Source of the DNA: Mobula hypostoma | Taxonomy: Eukaryota | Length of the DNA: 64,000 nucleotides | Reading direction: 5' to 3' | Assembly (NCBI RefSeq): GCF_963921235.1 | Contig: NC_086108.1 | Location: 2,852,001 to 2,916,000, forward strand | Part shown: positions 13,961 through 28,139 of the stretch, piece after piece | Position numbering within the stretch: the first letter of the stretch is position 1 | Layout of the letters: every line of letters begins with the position of its first letter | Made by a program: the position numbers and the translations under genes | The notes under the pieces: model-generated | Told to the model about the DNA's origin: nothing | The model's database searches: none | Seen by the model: the letters and a program-made list of their open reading frames with translations, nothing else

Positions 13961-16139
13961 TACACATGCTAGGATAGGATGAAGAAAAGAGGGGTTATTG
14001 TCCCCTGATCAACTGGTCTCTGAAAACTCTCACTCATTCCTCAACCACACTTTATTTACTGTGCACAGAGAAAAGCCTCACCCCTGTCACCAAACTGTTC
14101 GACAGTTTGCCATTCTTACACAGAAACGGACCAGTTAAATACAGATACTAACCAACTAGAAATTTTCTATGTTCAAATTCCTTAATGGCATAATCAATCA
14201 CCAATCACAGATATTAATAGGCAATCACAGACAAGATGCTGGAGGTCAGGAGAGCAATAAACAGTCAACATTTCGGGCTGAGACCCTATATCAGGGTCAG
14301 TGTCCAAAACGTCTTCTATTTATAAATGCTGCCTGACCTGCTGAGCTCCTCCAGCATTTTGTGTGTGTGTTGCTCTGGATTTCCAACTTCTATGAATCTT
14401 CTGTGTTGATGAACAGACAGCAGAACCTCTGCATTAAAGGCCAAAATACTTCAGAATTAAAGCAACTGACCAATAAAAGTGTCATCCAAGAATCCTTTAT
14501 TTACATCCTTGTCTTGATAATGCAAATGGCTCCGGTCCCCTGCTATGCAAAAGGAAGCTATGCTCTTCAAAGACCTTTCAATATCTAGGTTTAGTGCACA
14601 CTGCCTGGAACCTTAACCCTCACCTTTTCACGACTTCCACAAGGTGACCTGATAAGAGGCCTTCAAATTTACGAGGGGTTTTGATGGGGTCGGTGTGTCC
14701 ACTTGTGCAGTGGAACTGAACAGAAGTCATCAGTTAACATGGTCCAATAGGGTGCGGTTTTTTAGAACAGTTTGTGGTTGAGCCCAGGAGGGGATCAGCT
14801 ATTCTGGATTGGGTGTTGTGCGATGAGCCACAATTGATTAGAGGGTTTAAGGTAAAAGAACTCTAAGGGGCAGGTGATCATAATATGATCGAATTCAGCC
14901 TGAAATTTGAGAAGGAGACTGGTTTTGTGTCATGTACCCTGTGGGATGCTATACAAGTATTGGCAAGAACTTTGAACCATGTAATAGAGATAGAAAAGAC
15001 TGCAGATGATGGATCAGGTGCTAAAAACAAAGTGCTGGAGGAACTCAGTGGGTCTGGCAGCATCTCTGGAAGGAAATGACCAGTGGACAGTTTGGGTTGA
15101 GACCCTACATCCAGAAAGGTCTCTCTCGACTAGGGTCCACGGACCCCTTGATTGGCAGCAAGACGCCATGGCATAAAAAAGGTTGGGAACCCCTGGTCTA
15201 GATTAAGAATCTCAAACTAAAACCAGTGTTAGAACTAAATACCAAAATACAGTCACTGGTGTGCCTTCTACATAATTGCATCAACAGCCCTTTGTTTTTT
15301 ATCTAGAGATGCAGTGTGAAACAGGAACTTCGCACCCCATGAGCAACCCACCTATTTAACCCCAATAATCACAGGACAATTTACAACGAGCAACCCGCCT
15401 ATTTAACCACGACAATCACAGGACAATTTACAATGAGCAATTAATCCACTAACAGGTACATCTTGGGACTGTTGAGCACCCAGAAGAAAGTACAAACTTT
15501 CTTACTGGAATTGAACTCTGAACTCCGAAGTCCTGGCTGTAGGAGCATCCTGCCAAACACTACACGACTGTGGAGCCACAGGTTACGTTGGGCCTAGATG
15601 AAATCTTGGTGTGCATTCCCTCGACTTTGCCGAGAAGCCCGGAAATGGGGTGAGATTAATCCATTTCTTGCTGATTAAAATTCCAAGTCAGATTGAAATC
15701 GTCGAGGTGAATGGATGTTCGTGCTGTCTTGGTTGCCACTGCCAGAGGAAGGTCTCTGTGTGTGACAGTCTCTCTCCCTCCTTCTCGCTCGCTGCTCCCA
15801 GAGGAAGGTCCCTGTCTTTCAATGATCTTTCTCTATCCCTCGATGCTGCCACAGTTCTGGGTCTTGGGCAAGGTTCAATCGATGCAGTTTGTCGATCAGA
15901 CTTTGTGTGTTTCTGCTTCTTGCTCGCTTTTTTTTGATATTTTGGGTAATTTTGAGTCAGGGTAGCCTGCAGATAACAAACACTGAGCTGAACGGAGCAT
16001 GCCTGGACTCTTTCAATTGTGTTTTTCACTTGTTTTGTTGTTGTTGTTGTGTGTGCGAGTTTTTTTGCACGTGGTGAGGGGGAGGTTTTGTTTGTTCTTT
16101 GAACAGGTTCCATGGTTTTTGTTTCAAGGCTGTCTGTGG

Positions 16140-19040
16140 GGAAGATTGGAAGGTGCAGAGTGTCCATGGGTTGAGTTGAGAAATGGCAAGGGTAAAAGGA
16201 CCCCAAACAGCAGCTAGGATGTGGATTACAAATTACAGCAGGAGATAGAAAAGGCAATGTCATGACCATCGTTGGGGATTTTAACATGAAAGTGGATTGG
16301 GAAAACCAGGTCAGTACTGGACCTCAAGAGAGAGAATTTGTAGAATGTCTAAGGGATGACTTTTTAGAACAGCTTGTTGTTGAGCCCACTAGGGGATCAG
16401 CTGTGCTGGATTGGGTGTTGTGCAATGTTCCAGAGGTGATAAGAGAGCTTAACGTTAAGGAATCCTTAGGGAACAGCGATCACAATATGATCAAATTCAC
16501 ATTGAAATTTGAGAGGGAAAAAATAAAATTCAATGTGTTGGTATTTCAGTGGAATAAAGGAAATTACAATGGCATGAGAGGAGAACTGGCCAAAGTAGGC
16601 TGGAAAGGGACATTTACAGGAAAGACAGAAGAGCAGCAATGGCTGGAGTTTCTGCGAAAAATGAGGGAAGTGCAAGACAGATATATCCAAATAAGAAGAA
16701 ATTTTCAAAGGGAAGAAGGACACTACCATGGCTGACAAGTGAAGTCAGAGCCAAAGTAAAAGTAAAAGCAGAAGAGAGGGCATACAAGGAAGCCAGAGCT
16801 AGTGGGAAGATGGAGGATTGGGAAGCTTTTAAAAACTTGCAGAAGGAAATTAACGACATTCGGAAGGAAAAGATGAATTATGAAAGGAAGCTGGCGACTA
16901 ATAACAAAGAGGAGACTAAAAGCTTTTTAAAGTATATAAAGGGTAAAAGAGAGTTGAGGGGAGATATAGGACGAATACAAAATAACACTGGAGATATTGT
17001 AATGAGAGACGCAGAGATGGCAGAGGAACTGAATGCGTATTTTGCATCAGTCCTCACACTGGAAGACGTCTGCAGTATACCAGACATTCAAGAGTGTCAG
17101 GGAAGTGAAGTATGTGCAGTAAAGATTACAACTAAGAAGGTGCTCAGGAAGCTTAATGGTCTGAGGGTGGATAAATCTCCTGGATCTGATGGAATGCACC
17201 CTCAGGTTCTGAAGGAAGCAGCTTGGAGAGATTGTGGAGGCATTAACAATGATCTTTCAAGAATCAATAGATTCTGGCATTGTACCGGATGACTGGAAAA
17301 TTGCAAATGTTACTCCGCTATTTAAGAAGGGTGGGAGGCAGCAGAAAGGAAACTATAGACCTGTTAGCCTGACATCAGTGGGTGGGAAGTTGTTGGAATC
17401 GATTGATAGGGATGAGATTACGGAGTACCTGGACGCACATGACAAGATAGGACAGAGCCAGCATGGTTTCCTAAAAGGAAACTCCTGCCTGACAAACCTA
17501 GTGCAATTCTTTGGGGAAATCACAAGCAGGGTAAACGAAGGAGATACAGTAGATGTGGTGTACTTGGATTTTCAGAAGGCCTTTGACAAGGTGCCACACA
17601 TGAGGCTGCTTAGCAAGATAAGAGCCCATGGAATTACAGGGAAGTTACTAGCATGGGTGGAGCATTGGCTGGTCAGCAGAAAACAGAGAGTAGGAATAAA
17701 GGGATCCTATTCTGGCTGGCTGCCGGTTACCAGTGGAGTTCCACAGGGGTCAGTGTATGTCAATGATTTGGACTATGGTATTAATGGATTTGTGGCGAAT
17801 TTGCCGATGATACAAAGATAGGTGGAGGAGCGGGTAGTGTTGAGCAAACAGAGAGCCTGCAGAGAGACTTAGATAGTTTACGGGAATGGGCAAAGAAGTG
17901 GCAAATGAAATACAATATTGGAAAGTGTGTGAAACATAGAAACATAGAAAATAGGTGCAGGAGTAGGCCATTCGGCCCTTCAAACCTGTACCGCCATTTA
18001 TTATGATCATGGCTGATCCTCCAACTCAGAACCCCGCCCCAGCCTTCCCTCCATACCCCCTGATCCCTTTAGCCACAAGGGCCATATCTAACTCCCTCTT
18101 AAATATAGCCAATGAACTGGCCTCAACTGTTTCCTGTGGCAGAGAATTCCACAGATTCACCACTCTCTGTGTGAAGAAGTTTTTCCTAATCTCAGTCCTA
18201 AAAGGCTTCCCCTCTATCCTCAAACTGTGGCCCCTCGTTCTGGACTTCCCCATGCACTTTGGTGGAAGAAATAAACAGGCAGACTATTATTTAGATGGGG
18301 GGAGAATTCAAAATGCAGTGATGCAAAGGGACCTGGAAGTCCTTGTGCAGGATACACTAAAGGTTAACCTCCAGGCTGAGTCGGTTGTGAAGAAGGCTAA
18401 TGCAATGTTGGCATTCATTTCTAGAGGTACAGAATATAAGAGCAGGGATGTGATGTTGAGGCTCTATAAGGCACTCGTGAGACCACACTTGGAGTATTGT
18501 GTGCAGTTTTGGGCTCCTTATTTTAGAAAGGATATACTGACTTTGGAAAGAGTTCAGAGAAGATTCATGAGAATGATCCCAGGAATGAAAGGGTTACCAT
18601 ACGAGGAACATCTGGCAGCTCTTGGGCTATATTCCCTGGAGTTCAGGAAAATGAGGGGGGATCTCATTGAAACATTCAGAATGTTAAAAGGCCTGAACAG
18701 ATTAGATATGGCAAAGTTATTCCCCATGGTCGGGGATTCTATGACAAGAGGGCACGACTTCAGGTTTGAAGGACGTCCGTTTAGAACTGAGATGCAGAGA
18801 AATTACTTTAGTCAGAGGGTGATAAATCTGTGGAATTTGATGCCACGAGCGGCTGTGGAGGCCAAGTCACTGGGTGTATGTAAGGCAGAGATAGATAGGT
18901 TCTTGATTAGCCAGGGCATCAAAGGGTGTGAGGTGAAAGCAGGGAAGTGGGGTGACTGAAAGAATTGGGTCAGCCCATGACTGAATGGCAGAGCAGACTC
19001 AATGGGCTGAATAGCCTACTTCTGCTCCTATATCTTATGG
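16140..19040 (+). mobile_element. CR1 LINE, 5'-truncated in the endonuclease, frameshifted ORF2
   Basis: ORFs 16262..16735 (GDFN, SDH), 16639..17292, 17234..17821 (RT) and the C-terminal part of 18003..18959. 3' UTR runs to about 19040. Confidence 0.93.
17932..18250 (-). mobile_element. Short CR1 3' end inserted antisense into the CR1 at 16140-19040
   Basis: Tail (TTTCTATG)n near 17932-17950 and ORF 18026..18253. It interrupts the host frame between 'GKC' and 'MHFG'. Confidence 0.9.
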
Positions 19041-19486
19041 AAGATGAATCTCAGGGTCGTATACTGCATACCTACTTTGATAATAAATATACTTTGAATC
19101 TTGGAATCTCTACTTGGAAGGATGACACTTTGGCTTTTCAGTCTGGGAAATTGCCTCATGTGCGATCATTTCCAAATGTTGAAGTGATCAAACACAATTA
19201 TCACTTCAGTGTGTATGTGTCTTTGCATGTTTGTGTGTGTGTTGGAACCAGGGCTCCCTCTGTTAAGAAGGATTGATGACATGAATTTGCTCTTTACACC
19301 AGGAACATTAATGTGGAATGCACTTGTATATGAAAACCAGAGGAATTATTTGAGAATCAAGAACAATCATGTATACAGGTAGTCTTAACTGTGTTATTCC
19401 CCATTTGTGACACCAGAGGAAAGAGGATGAATATTTATTTCGAATCCCTTTTGTGACACCAGAGGAAATCGGATGAATATTTCCAT

Positions 19487-19672
19487 GCAAACACGAGGAA
19501 TTCTGCAGATGCTGGAAATTCAAGCAACACACATCAAAGTTGCTGGTGAACGCAGCAGGCCAGGCAGCATCTCTAGGAAGAGGTGCAGTCAACGTTTTGG
19601 GCCGAGACCCTTCATCAGGACCAACTGAAAGAAGAGCTAGTAAGAGATTTGAAAGTGGGAGGGGGAGATCCA
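19487..19672 (-). mobile_element. Penelope terminal repeat, hammerhead core mutated (GAAA>AAAA)
   Basis: Minus strand reads ggtcCTGATGAagggtctcggcccAAAACGTTgact. Confidence 0.75.
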
Positions 19673-19949
19673 AAAAATCTTGCTATTGTCTGTAAGGAGT
19701 TTGTATGTTCTCCCTGTGACCGTACACATTTCCTCCCATTCCAAAGATGTACATGTTGGGGGCAGGACAGTAGCATAGTGCTTAGTATAATGCCAATACA
19801 GCACCAGAGATCCAGGTTCAGCTCCCACCATTGCCTGTAATGAGTTTGTACCCTCTCCCCTGAACCTCCAGGTGTTCTGGTTTCCTCCCACGTTCCAAAG
19901 ACATACAAGTTAGTATGTTAATTGATCACATGGGTGTAATTATGCGAGG

Positions 19950-20270
19950 CAGAGATGCGTCTCACCAAAGGTGTAATGCGCTCCTTCCCTCCACTAGCCT
20001 GCTGGTGTAGCACCTGCTTAGCCTCCACCCCCCGTGTCAGGGTCACATGAAGCCATGGGAGCAGGTGGTGCATATCACAAGTCCTGGTTATACGATCACT
20101 GATGTCGGGCAATCTCTGATCATGGCCAAGATTACCCGTCTTGTAAAGACACTGCCCAGGAGAAGGCAATGGCATACCAGTTCTGCAGAAATAATTTGCC
20201 AGGGACAATCATGGTTATGGAAAGACCATGATCTCCTGCATCATACGACAAGGTACACAACGAATGAATG
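19950..20270 (+). mobile_element. BovB/RTE-tailed SINE-like element. A second copy at 7640-7751 + 8440-8570 is split by Penelope
   Basis: Bov-A-like box 'agaaggcaatggca(t/a)acca.ttctg' is shared by both copies. Confidence 0.6.
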
Positions 20271-20509
20271 GGCTGATTGGGCTGGTGGGGCCTGTAGTGT
20301 TCTGTTCTTTGTTCATACTAATGCTTGTGAAAGTGTTATAATGTAGGAGGGGCAGCAACCAGCAAATGTAAAGAGTAGTGTGCCAGTGATAATCTTTTAC
20401 TGAGGAACTAATGTGGCCCAACTCTCTGAAAACGAGATTTTATACAAGACAGAATGGAATCATCTGAGGGTGTAGTGTTAGCCCAGAACTGTCCAAGATA
20501 TGCCTGCCT

Positions 20510-21050
20510 AGATAAGACCGTAAGCCATAGGAGACTTCGACCATTTGAACATAGAAATCTACAGCACATTACAGGACCTTCAGCCCACGATGTTGTGCCG
20601 ACCATGTCACCTACTCCAGAAACTGCCTAGAATTTCCCTCCCGCACAGCCCTCTATTTTTCTAAGCTCTATGTACCTATTCAAGAATCTCTTAAAAGACG
20701 CATTTGGCCCATTGATTCTGCTCTGCTATTCCATCAGGGCTGATTTATTATCCCTCTCAACCATATTCTCCTGCCCTCTTTCCGTAATCTTTGATGCTCT
20801 GACTAACCAAGGACCTATCAACCTCTGCTTTAAACATACTCAATGACTTGGCCTCCACAGCTGTCCGTGCCAATGAATTCCACAGATTCACCATCTTCTA
20901 GGTAAAGAAATTCACTCTCATCTCCGTTCCGTTGGGACGCCCCTCTTTTCTGAAGCCGTGCTCTCTGATCATAGACTCACCCACGATAGGAAACATGCTC
21001 TCCGCATCCACCCTATCTAGGCTTTTCAACATTCGATAGGTTTCATTTTG
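20510..21050 (-). mobile_element. CR1 3' fragments (one tail nested in another)
   Basis: 3' UTR and C-terminal sequence similar to 44690-45060 and 43500-43650. Confidence 0.75.
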
Positions 21051-21122
21051 AAACCATCAAGCACAAGGATAGATCTTATGCTTGGGACTCAGAAGCACTA
21101 TCTTCCAAACTCAGCTGCTAAC

Positions 21123-21203
21123 ACAGGGTTCCCAACCATTTTTATGCCATGGACCCCTAGCACTAACCAAGGGGTTTGTGGACTTCAGGTTAGGAACTTC
21201 CGT
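21123..21203. mobile_element. ~80-bp hAT-like MITE (also about 15120-15197 and 35578-35650)
   Basis: Inverted ends gggttcccaacc / ggttaggaac around a conserved 'tttttatgccatggacccc...aagggg' core. Confidence 0.55.
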
Positions 21204-21809
21204 GCTAAGAGGAATTAACCCACCCCACCCAAAGGTTGCAGGTGCAGACTGGAATGGCTGAAAGATTAACACTGGCCAAACACCCTTCTGCTGAGCATTG
21301 TGGGTACGCTACGTTGGCACCAGAATATGTGGCCACATGAGCAGACCGTCCACAGTGCAACTTTGGGTTCTGCTGGTTGTTAACACAAATGGCACATTTC
21401 ACCGTGGGCTTCCATGTATGTCTGATAAATAAGTGTATCTGAATCTGACACCCTTTCTTTCCCAAACTAATGGGAAATAAGCAGCAGAAACAGTGATGCA
21501 AAGCATATTTCAAATGTGCATGAAATCCCATATTATTGCCTACGTAACTCTACTACAACTGAAGTGGGAATGCTACTTTAGCCAAAGTTGTCAAGTCCAT
21601 TAGTCAGGGGCCCAAAAGTCAGTGTATCGAGAAGTCAGAGTTCCAACGTCTGCGAGACTGGAGGTTGTAGGCTTGGAGGTGGCTTGCCCTGGGGTTGGAG
21701 ACTTGTCTTTGTGTGTGTTTGTTTTACTGTTGCTTATTGTGTTCTGTGTTGCTCTGCTGAACACTGTGGGCATGTTCCGTGGTACCACAAAATGTGGTGA
21801 CACTTGCAG

Positions 21810-22265
21810 ACGTTCAAAGGAGGTTCATGAAAATTATCCCTGGATTGAAAGACTTATCGTATGAGAAGTATTTCATGGCTTTGGACCTGTACTCTCCGGA
21901 ACTCAGAAGAATGAGGGGGTATCGCATTGAAAACTATCGAATGTTGAAAGGCTTTGAAAGAGTGGATGTGGAGATGATGTTTCCTATGGTGGGGGAGCCT
22001 TAGAATAGAGGGATCTCCATTTAGAATGGAGATGAGGAAGAATTTCTTTAGCCAGAGAGTGGCAAAATCTGTGGAATTCATTGCCACAGCCAGCTGTAGG
22101 GGACAAGACACTGGGTGTATTTAAAGCAGAGGTTGATAGATTCTTGATTAATCAGGACATGAAGGGTTTCGGAGAAGAAGTAGGAGATTGGGGCAAAGAG
22201 GGAAATGGATCAGCCTTGATGAAATGGGACACAAATGGCCTAATTCTGCTCCTATATCTTATGCT
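21810..22265 (+). mobile_element. CR1 3' fragment
   Basis: VQRRFMKIIPGLKDLSYE motif plus 3' UTR. Confidence 0.85.
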
Positions 22266-22910
22266 TAGGTTGTGTTGGCTTTTAACACAAATGTTCCCAT
22301 GTGCATGTTCAAAGAAGTAAATTTTAATCAGTGAACATATATGTCACCATATACTATAACGGGATTAATGAAAGGTCAACTGGAGTGCAGAAGACAACAA
22401 CCTGTGCAAATGCAAATATAAATAAATAGCGTTAAATAATGAGAACATGAAATAATGAGATAAAATCATTAAAGTTGTTTATGGAAACATCCCTTTTTGT
22501 TCAAGAGCCTGATGGTTGAGGGGTAGTAACTGTTCTTGAACCTGGTGGTGTGAGTCCTGAGGCACCTGTACCTTCGACCTGATGGCAGCTGTGAGAAAGT
22601 ACCATGGCCTGGGTGGTGGGGATTGCTGGTAATGGATGCTTCTTTCCTATGGCAGCATATCACATAGGTGTGCTCAATAATTGGGAGGCCTTTACCCGTG
22701 AGGTACTGGGCCGAATACATGTGACAAATAAATGAATCTGAAGTACTCTTTGTAGTTTACCAAGTAAAATAGTGAGAAAAAATCTTGCAGGGTGTCTCCA
22801 GCATATCGTTGGGTGTTGGTTAATGTAAACAAGTTTCACTGCATGTGTGATAAAGGAATACTAAAACACTCTCAGAACAGCTTACAAAGTAAAATTGTTA
22901 AAAACAAATC

Positions 22911-22916
22911 TTTATT
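22911..22916 (-). terminator. Candidate SARS2 polyadenylation signal (AATAAA)
   Basis: Minus-strand AATAAA in apparently non-repetitive sequence, followed by a T-rich stretch, about 2.9 kb past the stop. Closer AATAAA hexamers exist but lie inside repeats, so this call is tentative. Confidence 0.3.
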
Positions 22917-25858
22917 CTCCTGCTGCAAGTAATTCTACCACCAGTGATTCAGACCCAGATGCCTTTATGTTTTGAGCAGTGATCTCGGCTGATTCTCATG
23001 AGTGCCTGCAGTAAAATTAAAACTCCACCATCTGCTCTGAGATTTGCCGTACTGCTCCCAAGAGTACGCTGGATATTCTCACTGATGGTTGAGACCAAAG
23101 TCACAGGCGGCTGAGGAAGGGGTGGGGTGCAGTTAGTCACCCAGGCACCCTGTGGGTGAGCACACTTGAGATTGCGGGTAAGATGACATGATGTACCCAG
23201 GACAAGGGGAAGTTGCAGCTCCACAGTATGTTGACTGTCACCACCTTGGGGAAAAGGTTTCCCAAAAAAAAAACAACAAACACTAGGTTCTGGGGATGCT
23301 GGAATTCCAGATCAACACGCACAAAATGCTGGAGGAACTCAGCACATCATGCAGCATCTATGGAAATGAATAAAATGTCGATGTTTTGGGCTGAGAATCT
23401 ACATGGAAAGGAAAGGGACTGAAGACAGAATAAGCAGGTTGTGGGGGAGGTGCCTGATGCATCAACTGTTTATTCCTCTCCATAGGTGCTGCCTGACCTG
23501 CCAAGTTCCCCCAGCATATGGTGTGTGTTGTTCCAGGTTCAGGAAAGATTCACAGAGAGATACAGGGTGCACAGGCCAATTAGCCCATTGGGTCCACTTT
23601 GACCCTCAACCATTCTTTATATTCATCCTATTTCCATTCCCTTTTTCAATCCTCCTCATGTTCCCTTTAACCTTCCAACCCCTCAGATTTTAACACTCAC
23701 CTGCAGTGCGACCACTTGAGTTGAGTACAATGTTCTCCTCAGAGGTTGTCCTCTATTGCTGGATCTTCAGGTGGCTGCAGCGGCCAATCCGGGATTCACA
23801 TATTCCGATGTGTTAATCCGGGACGTTAGGGCAGATTCCCTTAATGGAGAATACATTAATGGTGACTTCATTTAACATGGGAAAGCTGATGCAGGGGGAG
23901 TCACCACACAGTCTTTGACAGATCGGTGTCAGGGTCCAGTGACATGGAGTGCAAAATGACTGGGGACCCCTCACTACTGCAGCTTTCGTCTGCCTTCACT
24001 GCCCTTGCAGTATGTTGCCATCTTCTGCCAACTCCACTTTTGAGACCTTGGTTCTTGTGTCTGGAACCACCCCCTTGACTTTAACACCATTAGTGACGCT
24101 ACCAGGAACTGCTAAACTCCAGAAGGCATTGCTCTTGGGAGCTCAGGAACTCATAAGCTTCTTCACCATGACAAGGTGAGGATCCTTGGAGAAAGCTCAT
24201 CCATACACAGTGGCCAAGGGGTAATGGAAACCGAAACAGGCCAACAATCTCACAGATATATTCAGGAGTACCACACAGCAGGAAGACACCACCACCAAGG
24301 TGCATAGCATCTCACTGGAACGCTTGTGGCTGCTTCGCTCCCACTGAAGAATTCTGTGCCTGATCCCAGCACCACCATAAGCAAACCGTCAAGTCAGCAG
24401 AAAAGTCACTGGATGCAGTCTGCCATCACTGCACAACTTGTATGTGTCCAGGACGAAGCAGTGGGCAGGAAAAAAACCAGTCCGAATACTACCCACCCTG
24501 CAAACTGCCTTCAGGAAAGTGTTATAGGACTATTAAAACAAAAAAATTTATGCTATCTTACAAGATTCTTTCCCCAGGCAGTTAATCTGATCAAACATTC
24601 TAGCTAGCCCCCCACACTCCCCCCTATTTATTACCCCAGCGACTGTAAATAATTTAAACTACTACTTATAACACTGTTCACATTGTAAATATATGCAGAT
24701 ATTTGCGCACATTTTACTCCATTTCCATACTTTAATCTCTGACTTTATTTTTAGACAAATCTTTCAAATTGTTAAACATTGTTTTTTGTTGCATGTCATG
24801 TCAAAACATCACAGCAAAGTCCTAATACATGTAAATGCATGTGGGAGATAAGGTAGATCCTTTGATAAGAAGTCAAGGTGATGTTCTCGGGAAGGCCAGC
24901 CTTGCCAGTCTCCCTTGTTGGGTCAGCCAGTCACCAATATGGTGCACATTTCAAATCTGTCTCTGGTGGTACCTCATTTGATCGGTTTTGAAGAATGGCT
25001 AATTATGTCACGCCATGATTACCCTTGGATTACACAACGCTGCAAAGCCAATGGGGAAGGGAAATCCCTCTTTCCAAAGTGAAGTACATTAAATCAACAC
25101 ACTAGTTACCCATTGACCCCAACTCTTAACTGATGTGTTCGCAGTTTGGACTCTTCAGTCGATGCGGTTTGGGGATAGGACTCTTAATCTGGATTGGGCT
25201 CTTTAATTGAGGCAGTATGTGGATTGGATTCTGTAGTTCACACTATGATGCGTTTCTGGTTGTTCCTTTCTTTTTAAATTGCTGTTTTGTGCGATTCTGA
25301 TGGGGGCCGACTAGCGCTGTGGTCTGCAGATAGCGAGGGACTGGGTTGACAGAATATGGCTGGACTCTTTTGCTGTCTTTATGATTTGGTGTTATATATT
25401 CTGTTTTCACTTTTTAAAAAATAGTTTTCCTTAAAAGAGATTCCAGGGTTTTCTTTATTTCGTGGCTGTCTGTGAGAAGATGAATGTCAGGATTGTATCC
25501 TGCGTACCTACTTTGATAATTAATGTACTTGAATCTTTGAATTATGCTTAAAATGTTGTTCAAGATACAATTAGATTGCACCAAACTTCCTCCAGACCTT
25601 AATTGCAACCCCACCTCTCCACCTTGTCCTTTCCCTTTACCTTCCCAACAAGAGTTCTTGACGTGTCTCTCGGTTAGGTGCAGGAAAGCAAGACTTTGAG
25701 ATATGCATCAGGCAGAGGATGCATGTTTCCAGCCCAGCTGTAGAAAAGAAACGAGAGCTTGTCCTGTGAGATGAGTGCTCTTGGTCAACTTTCTGTGGCA
25801 ACAGCCTCAACAAATCAAAAATTGGTTCATTGAAGGGATCCTCAAATCCAGATGCCCG

Positions 25859-25990
25859 TCAATCCAAATGGTTCAGCTTCCTGTGGTACTGGTTAGGTCC
25901 GATATATCGCAGTGGACTGTGTTTGGAGTGACTGATGACTTCTTTGCCAAGATATGGCTGCAAGACCGTTGGTACACGAACACTGCCATC
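25859..25990 (-). CDS. SARS2: SARS2 last coding exon ([43 protein letters not shown])
   Basis: Acceptor tttttaatctccag|, TGA stop at 25859-25861. 'DGSV.VP..LQPYLG' plus a 'YIGPNQ' C-tail is typical of the mitochondrial rather than the cytosolic SerRS. Confidence 0.95.
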   Translation of the reverse strand, partial: DGSVRVPTVLQPYLGKEVISHSKHSPLRYIGPNQYHRKLNHLD

Positions 25991-26251
25991 CTGGAGATTA
26001 AAAATACATTACTACTTAATAGAAATAAAAAAATCTCCATTTACCTTCCTTCATCCTGCACAGCACTAACATCAACTCTACCTGTAACATCCAGGATGTC
26101 TTCAAGGAATGATGCCTCAAAAATGTGACATACATCATGAAGGACCCCCATCACCCAGGACATGGCCTCTCTCATTGCTACCATCAGGAAGGGAGGTCAG
26201 GAGCCTGAAGGCACACACTCAATGATTCAGGAACAGCTTCTGTCATCCAAT

Positions 26252-27183
26252 TTCTGCATTAATTCCTCATAAAATGTCATTTGATCTTTACCTAAGTCAC
26301 AATAATAGATAAACACAATCTGTTGAAACTAATAACACGTTTTTATTGAACACATTGCAAAAGACCGCCTGGATGTTCCACAACTCTTCTGGGACAATGT
26401 TCTGTGGTCAGATCAGACAAAAGTTGAATTTTTTGGCAGAAGTGCACACTGCTATGTTTGGAGGAAAAAGGGCACTGCACACCAACACCAAAAACTCATC
26501 CCAGCTGTGCAGCATGGTGGAAGGAGCATCGTGGTTTGGGGCTGCTTTGCTGTCTCAGGGTCTGGACAGCTTGGAATTATTGAGGCAAAAATGAATTCAA
26601 AACTGTATCGAGACATTTTACAGGAGAATGTCAGGGTAGCAGTCCGTCACCTGAAGCTTAATAGAAGTTGGATGATGCAACAAAACAATGATCCAAAACA
26701 CAAGAGTAAATCAACAACAGAATGGTTTAAAAAGCAGAACATTTGTGTTTTGGAATGGCCAAGTCAGAGTCTGGATCTTAACCCATGATCTAAAGAGGGC
26801 TGTTTATGCAAGGTATCCCAGAAATATTGATGAACTGAAACACTTTGTATGGAGGAAAGGTCTTAAATTTCTCCTTGCCGTTGTGCAAGTCTGATCAGCA
26901 GCTACAGGAAACATTTGGTGGAGGTTATTTGCTGCTAAAGGAGGTTCTACCAGTTATTAAATACAAGGTTTCACGTACCTTTCCCAGCCTGGACTGTGAA
27001 TGATTAAACAATGTGTTCAATAAATAAATGGGAAGTACAACTGTCTCTGTGTTATTAGTTTAGGCAGATTGTGTTTGTCTATTATTGTGACTTAGATGAA
27101 GATCAGACCTACATTTTCAGAGTACAGTAATTAATGCAGAAACCCAGGTAATTGCAAAGGGTTCACCGTTTCTTGCAACTGTA
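26252..27183 (+). mobile_element. Tc1/mariner element, internally deleted, in the last SARS2 intron
   Basis: Transposase segments VLWSDQTK, HGGRSIVVWGCF, QQNNDPKH, WPSQSLDLNP. 26252-26340 is an inverted repeat of about 27047-27143. Ends ...caactg|TA. Confidence 0.9.
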
Positions 27184-28139
27184 TACATACTTACTGTAAT
27201 TGACAGATTTTTTTCTATTATTATGCGCTGCATGTTACTGCTGCCGCAAAGACAACAAAGACAAATTTCATGACATATACCAGTGATAATAAACCTGATT
27301 CAGATTCTCCGCCGTTTGATAAAGTTCTTGTGTGATACTCATATCCCTCGTGTCGAAAGGTCTCACTCAATGTTGACTTATGCCTTTGAGGAGTCTCAGA
27401 AATTCACAAGTCTATCAAATAACAAATTATTATTTTTTTTAAATTTAGAGATACAAGTCCTTCCAGCTCAATTACACCCATGCGACCAATTAATCTTCTA
27501 ACCGGTACATCTCTGGACTTTGGGAGGAAATCGGAGCACCGGGAGGAAACCCATGTGGTCACAGGGAGACTGTAGAAACTCCCTACAGTGATGGATTTGA
27601 ACTCGGGCTGCTGGTGTTGTAATATCTGCAAGGTAGCATGCTGCCCAACTTGTCCAATGAAATTTGTCATCTCCAGTGACTATGGCTGCCCCCTTATCCT
27701 GCGCGTGGGCCGATATCAGGCTCCCCAACCCAAGGAAGTAGCTACTCAGTATCTACCTATCAGTCCCTTTCAGAATCCCTCATGACAAGCTCACTGCTTG
27801 GGTGCTCTGAACTCCAGTGAGCACAGCTAAATGTCTGCAGCCTTTCCTACACCCATACCTCGCAAATCAGTCCAGTATATCTGAACTGCCTTCTAGAGAG
27901 GCTGGAAATCAATGCTGGATGAACTCAGCAGGTCAGACAGCTTTAAGGAGGGAAACAAACAGCCAAAGTTTTAGGCTGAGATACTTCATCAGGACTGGAG
28001 AGGAAGGGGGAAGCACCCAGAGTAAGAAGGTGGGGGTGGGGGAGGTGTACAAGGTGGCAGGTGATAGGTGAAACCAGGTGAGGGATTGGGGGAGATGAAG
28101 TAAAAAGCTGTGAGGTGATTGGTGAAAGTAGTAAATGGC

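Noticed and set aside
18003..18959. 318-aa ORF as a novel fusion protein
   Set aside because: Chance read-through from an antisense CR1 insert into the host CR1 C-terminus. ORFs 48070..48408, 51792..52067 and 59863..60726 are similar junction chimeras.
140..25000. Exons of a second host gene downstream of SARS2 (e.g. an AG...GT segment near 271-317)
   Set aside because: No recognisable protein or consistent exon chain was found by eye. A small exon cannot be excluded without RNA-seq.
25775..26128. 117-aa plus-strand ORF
   Set aside because: It is the antisense shadow of the last SARS2 exon running into a repeat.
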